Counted from the whole stretch's first letter, positions 12,467 through 26,553 are shown. The stretch: 63,574 bases of DNA, filler included, from Octopus bimaculoides (GCF_001194135.2; 5 parts of 4 records of this genome joined end to end with filler, not necessarily neighbours in it), one strand, 5' to 3'. The notes: generated by a model from the letters alone, not told the origin. Numbers and translations: made by a program.

Positions 12467-13275
12467 GTAATTAGAATATTTTATTATTGTTGTTGTTGTT
12501 GTTGGTGTTGCTGCTGTTGTTGTTGTTGTTATTGAGCCCCTGGTCAACCCTGACTGAGTATACTTATGATTCCAGCAATCATCATCATCATTTAACATCC
12601 ATTGTCCATGCTGACATGGTTCGGGCAGTTTGACAGGCTCCAGTTGTCTGATTTGGCATGGAGCCTTCAAGGTGGTACCCCAGCATGGCCGCTGTCCAAT
12701 GACCAAAGCAAGTAAAAGATAAATCACCATCATCATCATCATCATCATCATGATACATCCATTGTCCATGCTGTCATGGGTTGGATAGTTTGACCAGAAC
12801 TGGGGAGCTGCACCAGACTCCAGTCTGATTTGGCATGGTTCCTACAGTTGGTTACCCTTCATACTGCCGTGCTGGGTGATTTTATGTACCACACAGGTAC
12901 TTTTAATTATTAGGTACCGCACAGGAGCTTTTAATTATTAGGTACCGCACAGGTGCTTTTAATTATGAGGTAATTATATGACGCATCTTGCTAAACAACA
13001 ATAGTTTTTTACATTTGAGTCTATGAAGAGCAAACTTTTATGTCAGTGCTTGAACCATTAGAAATAGCAGCCAAATTTACTTCAGATATCAACCCTACTC
13101 AGGAAGGAAATAGAGATATATTAGATGTTGTAGTTTGACATAGACTATGTCTAAAAATAATGTTTTAAATGGGGGGGTGGTCATGGCTTGAATGTCTTTG
13201 ATCATAAATCTGTTCTGTCTGGGCTAAACTGGGGTTAAATTGCTGCTGCTGCTGCTACTACTACTACTACTGCTG

Positions 13276-13660
13276 TGTTGTTGGCACTCCGTCGCTTACG
13301 ACGTCGAGGGTTCCAGTTGATCTGATCTTCGGAACAGCTTGCTCGTGAAATTAACGTGCAAGTGGCTGAGCACTCCACAGACACGTGTACCCGTAACGTA
13401 GTTCTCGGGGATATTCAGCGTGACACAGTGTGACAAGGCTGACCCTTTGAATTACAGGCACAACAGAAACAGGATGTAAGAGTGAGAGAAAGTTGTGGTG
13501 AAAGAATAAAGCAGGGTTCGCCACCATCCCCTGCCGGAGCCTCGTGGAGCTTTTAGGTGTTTTCGCTCAATAAACACTCACAACGCCCGGTCTGGGAATC
13601 GAAGCCGCGATCCTATGACCGTGAGTCCGCTGCCCTAACCACTGGGCCATTGCGCCTCCA
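13276..13660 (-). mobile_element. tRNA-derived SINE family C (GGAGGCGCAATGGCCCAGTGGTTAGGGCAGCGGACTC head)
   Basis: Near-identical inverted homolog of 59617-59968, with intact A and B boxes. Confidence 0.85.
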
Positions 13661-14826
13661 CACTACTACTAACAACACCTCCATTACCACACCTACTATT
13701 GTTGCTGTTGTTACTGCTGCTGCTGGTGCTACTACGACTACTACCACCATTACCAGCAACATCACCACTGCCAATACTACTACTACTACTACCGTTTTTC
13801 ATGGAATTATCTCTGTTATATTCTGTCACTTGATGCTCCAGACTTGTCTTGTTTGAATGACATAACGACAGACATAGAGTGTGGGAAGTCTGTGACAAGA
13901 AACCAGACTGAAGACTTGTAGTCTTCTCGTCTTCCGGCTTTGGTTTGAAGCTGTAGGTTGAGCACTTGATCTTGTGAAAATGGAATGTGATGTGAATTGG
14001 TTACGTTGTGTCGGAAGTGTTTGCCAGCGTCTTGCTCAACAAATGATTGTCTCAGCACAGGCATAGAAGGAAGTTCTAGAGTGATTCTTATTGTTGCCAA
14101 GATGAGATCTTTTGTGTTTTGCTGTAAAGAATGGCGCCATGTGGGAAGAAAATGTAGAATAATGGAAAGAAATAGAATCAAGCTCAGAAGATTTTTTTGT
14201 TCCATTTTCCTTTTAATTTTTCTCTTTTTGTTCTTTTTTGTTTTTAATTTTTCTCCTTTTTTTTTTTTTGATCTGTAACATCCTGTTATAAACTTATTGT
14301 TTTCTGTGTCATCTTCATCATCATCATTTTCATTGTCATTGCTGTCGTCGTCATCATCATTATTCATGTCATCATCTTTTATATTACAATTATATTTCGT
14401 CATCATCATCATCATCATTGGTATCACTATTGTCTTCATCATCATCCTTTCCATCATCATTTATATTACAATTTCATCGTTATCCAATCATTAACATTGT
14501 CATTACCATCATCATCATCATCGTCATCTTCATTGTCATCATGATCATTATCATTGACATCATCAAGTCAACAAGACAGTCTTTACACAGACATTCAATA
14601 TGCAGAAAATAACAACCCAATCTCCCTCAGTTGCCCCCCCCCCCTACTCGCTATCAAGCAAAAAAAAAAATATATACCAGCTGTCTCAGATATTCCTAAA
14701 CAGATGGTCTGGTCATGGTTGGAATACTTTCGATCATAGGTCTACTGAATCAGGACTAACCTAGGGTTAAACAACAGCAAGATTGTTTTCATTATCACTT
14801 TTGTTTTATATCAAATTCTGCTATGT

Positions 14827-15128
14827 TAAAGAATAAAAAGTTTTGAATGGTACTACAATGCACTATAATACAAAAAATAGACTATATACCTGTTGTAATT
14901 TAGTTATCCATCGTACGATGATATTTTGGAATACAATTCCTTCTCCAGATATTCTTAGATGGAGTCGCTGCTATAACCTGTTTTCCAAAGCGACTCCATC
15001 TAAGAATATCTGAAGGAACTGTATTCCGAAATATCATCGGACTATGGATAACTAAATTCCAACAGGTATATAGTCCATTTTTTGCACTATAGTGCATTGT
15101 TGTACCATTCAAAACTTTTTATTCTTTA
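14827..15128. repeat. About 300-bp imperfect palindrome (arms about 140 bp, 19-nt loop); foldback/MITE-like
   Basis: 14827-14969 is the reverse complement of 14989-15128 with scattered mismatches and a 3-nt indel. Confidence 0.9.
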
Positions 15129-15517
15129 CAAACAATACGCAATGCTTTAAGCAAACTACAATACTCTCTGCTATGATAGTTGCAGCTAAAGGAGACGGGT
15201 TTTTTTTTTTTTGCATAAATTTGGATGTCACTCAAACGGGGTGAAATACCTTCATATTTGGATGACTTTCCTACTTTATAGGGCAGCTATACTCAATCGC
15301 AGCTCCCAGGGCAGTATGTGGTCCTTAAACATCCTTTCAGTGCCTCCCTTATATATATTTTTATATGTAGATACAATAATCCTTTAAGCTACTGATAATT
15401 TTTCTGAATCTCCCTGATTCTTTTAATGTGCTGGTTGCCTGGTATTAAATTGATATTAATTAATATCCAATTTTTGCCCTATTGTTTAATTTGATTAACC
15501 ATAACCAAATTCTCAAA

Positions 15518-15551
<34 letters not shown>

Positions 15552-16167
15552 GACAGGTTTCTTTCAGTTTCTGTCTGCCAAATCTACTCATAAAGCTTTG
15601 ATCAGCCTAGGGCTGTAATAGAAGACACTTGCACAAGGTGCTATGCAGTGGGACTGAACTCAGAACTATGTGGTTGGGGATCAAACTTCTAACCACACAC
15701 TCATGCCTTATGAGTAAAATTCGGTAGAAAATATTTGATGAAGGCCTCTTTGATGAACTTGAGCAGTAGCTGTAATTCTAAGGCCAACCTGATCACATAC
15801 AGTGTCATGCCGACTCTGAACAAGGATCACATTACATTAAAAGTACAAATATCTATGGAACACCCAGCCGCTTAAATTCTGACATAACGAATAATTGACT
15901 CCATTGATTATACAACTGGAACAATTGTTCCTTGAGAATAAATGAGAAAGTCTATTATGTATGCAAGTCAGGGTTTTGTTAGAACACATTTCTGTCAGAA
16001 TGAGAAACAGTTCAGAAGAACTAGCTTTTCACTGATGAATTATTTGGGGAAAAAAACCCTTTATGAAGTAAACAGCTGTTGCTGACATGATGGCTTCAAC
16101 AGACCTAGCAGAAGTATTTATCGAATTGAGGCATGATTGCCTCAATGAGTAGTCAGTATATGTATGC

Positions 16168-16200
<33 letters not shown>

Positions 16201-16210
16201 CACACACGTG

Positions 16211-16254
<44 letters not shown>

Positions 16255-17045
16255 GATTTTTAGAGCTCACTCAAATGCATTTTCTTAAATAAATTTCAGA
16301 AATTACTTTAAAGAAATAAGTAAATGTTTCTTTTTTTTTTTCTTTTAGTCAAAATAATTTTATAATTAAAACAATTAAATTTGTATTTTTTTGTTTTTGT
16401 GTTATTAATTATATTATGTAAATTGAAAAAGGAAAAAAAAAACATTAATTCGTAATCAGTTCTTCAGACAAGATAAATTTTATTCAATATTTTTTTTTTC
16501 TAATGGTAATTAAAAGGAATTGGTATGGTAGAAAAATATTTTGTACATAGGTGCAAGCATGGCTGTGTGGTAAGAAGCTTGCTTCCTAACCACATGGTTC
16601 TTGTTTCAGTTTCACTGTGTGGCACCTTGGGCGAGTGTATTCTTCTATAGCTTCAGACTGACCAAAGCCTTGTGAGTGGATTTGGTAGACAAAACCTGAA
16701 AGAAGCTCATCATATATATGTGTGTGTGTATGTATTTGTGTCTGTGTTTGTCCCCCACCAACATTTGACAACATGTGTTGGTGTGTTTGTGTCCTTGTAA
16801 CTTAGCTGTTTGGCAAAACAGACTGACAGAATAAGTACCAGACTTTAAAAAGAACAAAAATAAGTAGTGGGGTTGATTTCTTCCACTAAAGATTCTTCGA
16901 GGTAGTGCTCCTTCATGGCCACAGTCTAATGACTAAAACAAACGACAGATGAAAGACTGGGAGGTTTTGAAAAGAAAAGAAAGATGAAATGCTGCTAAGC
17001 ATTTTGCGCAGCATGCAAACAATTCTGCCAGCTTGCTGTCTTAAT

Positions 17046-17086
<41 letters not shown>

Positions 17087-17114
17087 TAATAATAATAATA
17101 ACAATAATAATAAT

Positions 17115-17770
17115 AATCCTTTCTACTGGAAGCACAAGGCCTCAAATTTGAGGGAAGGAATTAAGTCGATTACATCAACCCCAGCGCGTAACTGGTATTA
17201 ATTTTATCAACTCCCGAAAGGATGAAAGGCAAAGTCGACCTCGTTGGTATTTGAACTCAGAACGTAAAGAGAAACAAGATACCACTAAGCCAATGTACGC
17301 CACTAGTCCAGAAGGAATATAAGAGATGCCACGACAATATAGTCATGCTTGTCCATTGGACACTTTGCAACAATAATAATCCTTTCTACTATAGACACAA
17401 GTTCTGGAATTTGGGAGAGGGGGATAAATCGATTATATTGACCCCCAGTATGCAACTGGTACTTGTTTTATCGACCCTGAAAGGATGAAAGGCAAAGCCA
17501 ACCTCAACGGAATTTGAATATAATAATAAGGATGATCATGATAAGACCAACAACTACAACAAAAACAGCAGCATCAGCAACAATAAGGATAATAATTATC
17601 CTTTCTGCTAAAGGCAGAAGGCCTGAAATTTGTGGGAAGCGGACTATTCGATTACATTGACCCCAGTGTTTCACTGGTACTTAGTTTATCGACCCCAAAA
17701 GGATGAAATGGAAAGTCGACCTCAGCAGAATTTGAACTCATAATGTATTGACAAGCGAAATACAAATAAT
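17115..17770 (-). mobile_element. Three tandem partial SINE family A copies separated by (AAT)n
   Basis: Repeated AATAATCCTTTCTACT...GATTACATCGACCCCAG..GAAAGGATGAAAGGCAAAGTCGACCTC blocks. Confidence 0.8.
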
Positions 17771-18967
17771 GATAATAATAATAAGACATCATTACAACGA
17801 GGTGCATCATGTGGTAGCTATCATATATAAAATGTATTATTTGTTTTGCATATGATGATGAGGATATCAATGATGATGATGATGATATTTCAAATGTACA
17901 ATTATATTTTCAATAAACAGTAGAAATTGAAATAAAATCTATTGAAACAAACAAAAAAAAAAACTGTCACTAGTGTTTGCCTTCAGTGTTTTGGTTCAAT
18001 TAAAACTGTAGCTTATTAAAGGCAACAGTTTTAATTGGGTCAAAATAATAAAAAAGAAAGCAGACCAAAAACCATTTCATTTGTAAAGTTTATAGTTTCC
18101 TTGCAAATAATCAGCAATTATATTTACATTAACATTAAAATGAGGGGGGGGGGTGCGTTAGTTTATGCTTTAATTGGTTATGAATTCAGGCTTTGCTATC
18201 ATTACAGTCATTGAAGTTGTGCTTTTGAAGATGGTACATAACTCTGCCTGCCTCAATCAGTTTGACTGACAATAGGTTCCACTTCCACTTTGAAGCAAAG
18301 TATTTAATAGTATGAAATGCATGTCTTCAGACAGGAAAAAGCTGATGTCATAGAGCCCATCCCATTCTTGTCATCATCATTACCATCATCATCAAAATAT
18401 TAAGGTCTGTTTTCCATGCTAGCATGGGTTGGACGGCATGACAGGAATTAGCAGGGCCAGGGGCTGTGTCAGGTTCCATAGCTTGTTTTGGTTTGGTTTC
18501 TATGGCTGGATGCTCTTCCTCATGCCAATCACTCCACAGAGTGCTTTTTATGTGGCACCAGCACCAGAGCATTTCACATGGCACCAGTACCCACACCAAC
18601 GCTTTTTACGTGGCACCTTGGATCTAAAATTTGTTGTGGTGGGCCAGTCTTCTCGAGTTGAGCAATGTGCCATATATCTTGGGCCTCCCTGTTCCACGAC
18701 TTCATACCACTTTAAGTGATCGGCACTTCTTTATGCAACTCTCCTCATTCATCCACAGAAAAATGATTGAGAAATCCTCCAAACACCTGGTCTAAGGCCA
18801 CCTTATCATCATGGATTCCATTGCTCCCTCACTATTTAGTTGGGTGGGAGTGGTCTTTTTGTTTTTGTTCTTTTCCTGACTTGTCAGTCACTTAGCAACC
18901 TTGCCCATGCCAGTGACATGAAGAAAAGCACCCAGAACACTCTGTAAAGCAGTTGACATTAGCAAGG

Positions 18968-19055
<88 letters not shown>

Positions 19056-19935
19056 TGGATATTNNNNNNNNNNNNNNNNNNNNNNNNNNNNNNNNNNNNN
19101 NNNNNNNNNNNNNNNNNNNNNNNNNNNNNNNNNNNNNNNNNNNNNNNNNNNNNNNNNNNNNNNNNNNNNNNNNNNNNNNNNNNNNNNNNNNNNNNNNNNN
19201 NNNNNNNNNNNNNNNNNNNNNNNNNNNNNNNNNNNNNNNNNNNNNNNNNNNNNNNNNNNNNNNNNNNNNNNNNNNNNNNNNNNNNNNNNNNNNNNNNNNN
19301 NNNNNNNNNNNNNNNNNNNNNNNNNNNNNNNNNNNNNNNNNNNNNNNNNNNNNNNNNNNNNNNNNNNNNNNNNNNNNNNNNNNNNNNNNNNNNNNNNNNN
19401 NNNNNNNNNNNNNNNNNNNNNNNNNNNNNNNNNNNNNNNNNNNNNNNNNNNNNNNNNNNNNNNNNNNNNNNNNNNNNNNNNNNNNNNNNNNNNNNNNNNN
19501 NNNNNNNNNNNNNNNNNNNNNNNNNNNNNNNNNNNNNNNNNNNNNNNNNNNNNNNNNNNNNNNNNNNNNNNNNNNNNNNNNNNNNNNNNNNNNNNNNNNN
19601 NNNNNNNNNNNNNNNNNNNNNNNNNNNNNNNNNNNNNNNNNNNNNNNNNNNNNNNNNNNNNNNNNNNNNNNNNNNNNNNNNNNNNNNNNNNNNNNNNNNN
19701 NNNNNNNNNNNNNNNNNNNNNNNNNNNNNNNNNNNNNNNNNNNNNNNNNNNNNNNNNNNNNNNNNNNNNNNNNNNNNNNNNNNNNNNNNNNNNNNNNNNN
19801 NNNNNNNNNNNNNNNNNNNNNNNNNNNNNNNNNNNNNNNNNNNNNNNNNNNNNNNNNNNNNNNNNNNNNNNNNNNNNNNNNNNNNNNNNNNNNNNNNNNN
19901 NNNNNNNNNNNNNNNNNNNNNNNNNNNNNNNNNNN

Positions 19936-19999
<64 letters not shown>

Positions 20000-20038
20000 T
20001 GGATATTAATCGATAAAATCATTTACTTCTTAATGCAG

Positions 20039-20112
20039 CTTCTATGGGAGTTCCACCATTACAAAGATCTGATTAAGAGGCCTGCAATCAGCAAGGAGAT
20101 GCTCTCACAACG
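20039..20112 (+). CDS. DYNC2H1: Cytoplasmic dynein 2 heavy chain 1, next internal exon (74 nt, phase 0/2)
   Basis: TGCAG acceptor ending at 20038 and GTAAAG donor at 20113. LLWEFHHYKDLIKRPAISKEMLSQ(R) continues directly from the previous exon and matches recalled human LLQAFLKYKELVKRPTISKELMLER. Confidence 0.9.
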
Positions 20113-20554
20113 GTAAAGTCCCATTATTGCATTTATTATTATTTTTTTACCTAGCATAACCCATAATTTCTAATTAACCCAAGTGAAGTTAACTCATTCT
20201 AATACCTTTCCATCTCTTTAATATTATAAGTCTGTATTTGATTCCCGTCTTGTTGGATTTTCTCATTAACTTCACAATCGTATCACATTGTGTAATTTAT
20301 TCATTTTTATGGTGGTGGCTTCTAATTTCCATATGGTTTTGTTTTTTATGTGCCATTTTTTTTTTCTGTCTTATTATTAAATTGACATTTTTGTCTTATG
20401 AATCAACAACATATCACTGGATCAATATTGCTTTTCCTGTGTTAAATTCTTATGATGAGTTATGAAGTTGATGATAAAAGATATATGTGTACATTTTGTG
20501 TGTTGTGTGTGTTTATACTCACACATACACACACACATATATAAATATACACAC

Positions 20555-20633
<79 letters not shown>

Positions 20634-20747
20634 TNNNNNNNNNNNNNNNNNNNNNNNNNNNNNNNNNNNNNNNNNNNNTTAATTAATTAANNNNNNNNNN
20701 NNNNNNNNNNNNNNNNNNNNNNNNNNNNNNNNNNTATATATATGCAT

Positions 20748-20794
<47 letters not shown>

Positions 20795-21439
20795 CATAAA
20801 TACATACATACATAAATACATACATACAAATTCTTTATGGGTTTGTTCTTCTTTCCTACATATCTCTCTCAGTTTTTTTTTGTCAGTCTATCTGTGTGCA
20901 TGTGTGTATGTGTGTATATGTATGCCTGTAGCTCTGTGTGTATGTGTATGCCTCTAGCTCTGTGTGTGTGTGTGTATGTGTGTTGTTTATCAGACTGATG
21001 TACTTCGAATTCTGCTTCTCATTTAAAACTCATTTCTCATTCAGTCTCTCTCAAACATTCTCGTTTACTCTCATTCTCCATCTGTCTCACCCCACTCTCT
21101 CCCTCACTCTCATTTACTTACTCTCTCTCCATCTAATTCCTCTATGTCTTTCTATGGTATCTCTTTTCACAACATCTCTCCCGTGTGTTTTAGTTCTATG
21201 AAATTTAAATAGCAAAGTTGTTGTTTATTTGTTTGTTTATTTGTTTGTTTGCTTATTTATTTATTTATTTATTTTATTTTATTTTATTTTATTTTCTACA
21301 TCGTCTCGCTTTTAGCAGATATTAGTTGAATGAGTGTTGCCAGATTTTGAGCACATTAATTTTTCCGTGCATCATTACTTGCATAACAATTGCGCATTAG
21401 CAGCTAATAAAAGTTGAACTGCTCGCATGGTGTTAATGA

Positions 21440-21460
21440 AAGAGAGACAGAGAGAGATAA

Positions 21461-21492
<32 letters not shown>

Positions 21493-21614
21493 GGAGAGAG
21501 AAAGAGAGAGAGAGAGAAAGAGAAAGAAAAGGAAACGATATGGATATAACTGTGAGAGAGGTAAGATATGTAGGTGTAAATTGGGAGATGTTAATGAAAA
21601 GAAAGAGTAAAAGC

Positions 21615-21648
<34 letters not shown>

Positions 21649-21900
21649 GTGAAAGAGAGGGAGAGAGAGAGAGAGAGAGAAGGAGGCAAAGTAATAAAGA
21701 AGGAATGAAAAAGAAAGAGAGGGGAGAAAGAAATCGAAAATAGATGTAAAGGAGAAAGAAATTATTGAAAGAGATAGAGATAAAAAGCAAAACAATAAAG
21801 GAAGGAATGAGGAATAGAAAGTAATGGTAGAAGAGAGATAGGAAGAAAGAGTGAAAGAAATCAAGAAAGAGCGTGAAAGAAAGAAGAAAAAAGAAAGAAC
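21440..21900. repeat. Polypurine (GA)n-rich low-complexity tract; a similar tract lies at 43300-43680
   Basis: Directly visible. Confidence 0.85.
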
Positions 21901-24299
21901 TCTCTACAAATCAAATAAGTAAATTGCGAACGATCATTGTATTTGGAATCAGTTAAAATTAAATAAAACTACTTCGTTATTTTCTTAAATTAATTTTAAC
22001 AAATTGCATTTTGTTTTACTGACTTCCTACCAGTTTCCTTGTATTTTTTTTATATCTATTTATATATTTTATTGTTTCGTTGTACTTCTGCAGTTTTTGT
22101 TATATACATATTATATATATATATGTGTGTGTGTTTTCTTTTTGTTCTCAACGCATAATGTATTGTAGCAACTGTTGTTTGTTGAAACCAAATGACTTTC
22201 TATTGTAAAACGTGTAAACATGTTTGAAATTACACCCAGCGTCACAAGTGCACTATAGTGCATTAAGTAACGTTAAATTGTATACGTTTGTACATACAAA
22301 TTGTATATGTTCGTACATTCAGAAAGCTGACATATACTCACGAACACACGCTTTTACATACACATAACACATGCACATAAGGAAACGCACGTACACACAC
22401 ACACACATGGACACGTGCTTCTTGTTTGTTCCTCGTTTTCAAAAGTCACTCTGATTTTACATCTAAAAGGCTACTAGAATGTCTTAAACTCAAATGGACG
22501 ACGCAGCCGCACAGACGACCAGTGAAGTGTTTACTGATCTTAACTGTACTGCAACTTCCATGTCCCCTCGCAAGGAAGGAAACTATGCAAGTGACAGTAT
22601 TTCATTGATACTCCGACCACCATAACAAATGGTCCCTGTCTGTGGTTTGAAGACGTGTCTTCATTGGGAATGTAATAAAAGCCAAACTGCCCTGCGATAA
22701 CAACTGCACCTTGTTACAATGAGCATCCATACAAATGCATCTTCATGCACTGAAAGAACTCCACGGTAAGGAAGTTCATTTCGTAGTCATGTGATTTCCG
22801 GTTGAGTCTAACTTGATGTCCTTTTGGACAAGTGATTTCTCATACAGCTTCGAGTCAACCAATATCTTGTGAGTGCTTTGGTGAACGGAAACGACTAATT
22901 GATTGGAGGCAGGTCGTTTGAGCGCGCATTTTCGAATTTATCAGTTTAGAAAGAAGATCGATTAAGGTCCGAGGACTTTAAAACAAAAGGCAAAGTCTTC
23001 GTGTCGATTTGTTATCTACACACTCCAAGGTGGTACCCCAGCATGGCCACAGTTCAACAATTAAAACAAGCAGCAAAGTAAATGAATATAAGGGTTATTA
23101 TTTAGAAAAAACATTTATCTGAAGCGGGTGACTATCAACTGCAGAGAAGATTATCTAGAGATAATCTGAAGCTGAGATATTACTTCGATCTATACCTGTC
23201 AGGGCCCAAACAAACAACAGATAATATGGGCGGTGCATTCGAACTAAGGGTTTAAGAACTGATTTGTCCAACTCCATTTTTAAAAGGGTCTACTGTTGAC
23301 CCATGAAGGAAGTCAAAATATAGTTGATCTGTAAAGAAATGACAAATGTTTATATCATCTGTGAATTTTGACTGGCGACTGTTGGTGCTGCTACCTACGG
23401 TTGCTTTCGGAGTAAGAGACAGGGAGAAAGAGAATTTACAAAGAAATAGAAGGGAGGGAGAATTTTCTCTGAAGGGGGGAACCGCTCAGAGCTTAAAATC
23501 TTTTTTTCTTATGCTTTATTATTATCACGGGAAGTCATTTATTATNNNNNNNNNNNNNNNNNNNNNNNNNNNNNNNNNNNNNNNNNNNNNNNNNNNNNNN
23601 NNNNNNNNNNNNNNNNNNNNNNNNNNNNNNNNNNNNNNNNNNNNNNNNNNNNNNNNNNNNNNNNNNNNNNNNNNNNNNNNNNNNNNNNNNNNNNNNNNNN
23701 NNNNNNNNNNNNNNNNNNNNNNNNNNNNNNNNNNNNNNNNNNNNNNNNNNNNNNNNNNNNNNNNNNNNNNNNNNNNNNNNNNNNNNNNNNNNNNNNNNNN
23801 NNNNNNNNNNNNNNNNNNNNNNNNNNNNNNNNNNNNNNNNNNNNNNNNNNNNNNNNNNNNCTCCTCCTCCTCATCATCATCATCATCCTCCTCATCATCA
23901 TCATCCTCCTCCTCCTCATCATCATCCTTCTCATCATCATCATCATGTCGCGCTTTCTTACCCTCTCCCCCACCACCTCCTCCTTCTCCTCCTCCTCTTC
24001 CTCTGACTCTTTCTCATCTCTTCCTACTCTCCTTCGATCTCATCTTCCTTCGCTTTTCCACCACCTTTTCCTTCTTTCGTCTTACAATTTCCTCTCTTCC
24101 TTCTCCCGTTCACCACTTCCACCACCACTTCCACCACCGTCATCGTCATCATCATCGTCATCACCATCGTCATCATTATTATCAACGGTGTTATAATGTT
24201 ATAGTCATTAGCTCCATGCTAATGTAATAAGGAAACCTCATTAACATGCTTTTCAGTATCGGGAGTATATTTACAGCCATTGGAATGACACAGAAAGGG

Positions 24300-24546
24300 T
24301 TTATGGCAGATCTTTCTCTGTTTAGTGGCTGTGGTGAAAGAGGCTGAATGGGGAACCTGTCTGAAAGGGATGAAGATCGGCACTTTACGATCTGGTCAAG
24401 CTCTCATCAATTTCTTCAAGTATCATTTGAAGAGGAAGGTGAAAGTACAGAGGGCGGTGCTGCCTTCCAGTATATTTACCAAAACGTGGATGAGAGTAGC
24501 AAGACTGGTGAGGCAGAATGGATCTACTCTGAGAATATTTTTTTAA
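24300..24546 (+). mobile_element. Possible Tx1/L1-clade ORF2 C-terminal remnant
   Basis: AVVKEAEWGTCLKG...LINFFKYHLKRKVKVQR..L.SSIF.KTW resembles the Tx1-type C-terminal pattern from memory. No catalytic motif is present. Confidence 0.3.
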
Positions 24547-26160
24547 GTAGGAGGGAAAAAAACTGCAAGAGGGCATTTCCCATATCTTGGAAACGGCAGG
24601 CTAATCCGGTCCAATTTGTATCAGATTTTCCCCGAATACCTTAGCTTTTCTGCCAACCGTTGCGGATTCAATTTACTTCAATTTAGTTTTCTGAATTCTA
24701 TTTTCATATCTTTTGTTATATCCTCATTGTAATTGTGTCTCCTTCCAATTGAAGTAAAGCTCTACACTTTGTGTGTTGTATTGCATCCTGTTGGGTGTTG
24801 CAGTCATTCATTAAAATTGTTGAATGCTAGTGAGCGTGATAAGAATGTTCCTGACGAAAGGGCCTGCAGCACACAACGTAACCCTGTGCACCAGATGACT
24901 CAATTTTTATCACGTCTGTTTTCCATCTTTTTGGTTTTCCAAGAATGATTTGGTTTATTGCTAATCAAAACTTCGTAAATCTCCGCCGTTTTGGAACAAG
25001 GGATACCCATATTTCGTCATCCTTTTCTCAAAAAAAAAAAAAGCCAGAAATTACACTCCACTTCTCCTCCTACTTCTCCTTCTCCAACTCGTCCTTTCTC
25101 TCTTCCTAATTGTCGTCGTCGTCGTCATCATCGTTGCTGTTGTTATGAAAAACAGTGGTGGTGGCTCTTAAAGTTTTGAGTCGAGGTCGACTTTGCTTTT
25201 TATCTTTTCAGGGCCGAAATGTTGCTGCTGCTGTCATTTAACTCTACGTAGGTCCTTAATTGAGCAGATTTAGAATAAAAGACATTCAAAGAACCCATTT
25301 CTGTTCGAGGCATAGTATAAGCAGGAATGCATTATGCCGTGTGTCTATTTTGAAGACAGTTCGGTGTAACCTGAAGGATATTTGTTTGTAATTTCTAGCT
25401 TGTCGATCAAATATATATAGAAGCTTCTTTTGAAAGGAAGTATGGCGTGGCTTAAAGGAGATTTCGCTTCTATTTCTAGCATGCTAATCAACCACATAGA
25501 GGCTCTCTAGCGTTCTATGCTTTTATTGTTGTTTCTCTCTGCTCCACATTGCATTACCAATTCTTCCTTAGATTCCAAAACATTGTCCTATCGACCTTCA
25601 TCTTTGTCTTTCATTTTCAATCGAAACATTTTAATACAGATGAGATTTAGCTGCTATTTCAAACAAGTAGAATGACCAGGAAAAGAAGCTCTAGTCAGTT
25701 GTTACATATTTTGGTGCTGATAATGTATATTACCAATTTTCTTTCTTTTAATTATTTTTTTCTCAACTGAAGGAAACAAGATTTAATTAAATTTCCATCT
25801 CTTTAAACACGACTGAACATATTTCAACAAACATTTACCAGAAATAGTATCAGCAGCAGCAGCAACAGCTACAATAACAGCAACAACAACGAACAGACTC
25901 AACTAAGTCCTGTACTCTTCACTTAAATTACGACTTACCGTCCCTTAGGAATAACCATGTAGACAAATAAACAAAAACAACATCGATGTCCCTTCAATCA
26001 TCTCTTAAATGGGCAATTTATTAAGTAAAGGAGACAGTTTCCCCAGTAGCGAATTTTAAGAGATATCAAAATGGAGAAAGGGAGGGGGAAATGGAGAAGG
26101 AAGAGAGAGAGAAAGTGAGAGAGAGATAGGTTAGGGGTTGAGGGAAGTAGTGAGAATGAT

Positions 26161-26195
<35 letters not shown>

Positions 26196-26497
26196 AAGAG
26201 AGAGAGAGAGAGAGAGAGAAATATAATTAAATAAAAAAATATTTTCAGTTTATTGTTTTTCATATAAGTGTTCAGCCTTATTTATTGAACTGGAATTGGT
26301 AACAAATACAGTAGCGTGTGCGTGCGTGCGCGTGTGCGTGTGTGTGTGTGTGTGTTGATAGATTGATATAGAGATAGACAGCTATGTGTATCTATACACA
26401 GAGCCATCGATATATACTTATACAACGCTGCCAGGAAAGCCCCTGCGGTTTTCGTCCCAGATAAAATCTCTAATGGATATGTTGTGTTTAAAAACAC

Positions 26498-26553
<56 letters not shown>

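Noticed and set aside
13635-14612. Poly-Ser/Thr/Asp/Ile ORFs
   Set aside because: They are translations of (CAT)n, (ACT)n and (GCT)n microsatellites.
18953-20116. Long ORFs in the ORF track (e.g. 387, 345, 337, 302 aa) rich in X
   Set aside because: They are read-through of N gaps and microsatellites. Only the 74-nt DYNC2H1 exon at the end of this one is real.
20679-20690. TTAATTAATTAA motif recurring four times (20679, 31047, 44154, 52441)
   Set aside because: It always sits at the centre of 44 N + 12 + 44 N, so it is an assembly gap linker with six-frame stops, not a biological motif.
22445-22679. Phase-compatible alternative terminal exon for DYNC2H1, or 43-aa ORF MDDAAAQTTSEVF... (22494-22625), with AATAAA at 22674
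   Set aside because: The acceptor is weak, there is no similarity to dynein, it lies beyond an unsized gap, and phase agreement has a 1-in-3 chance.
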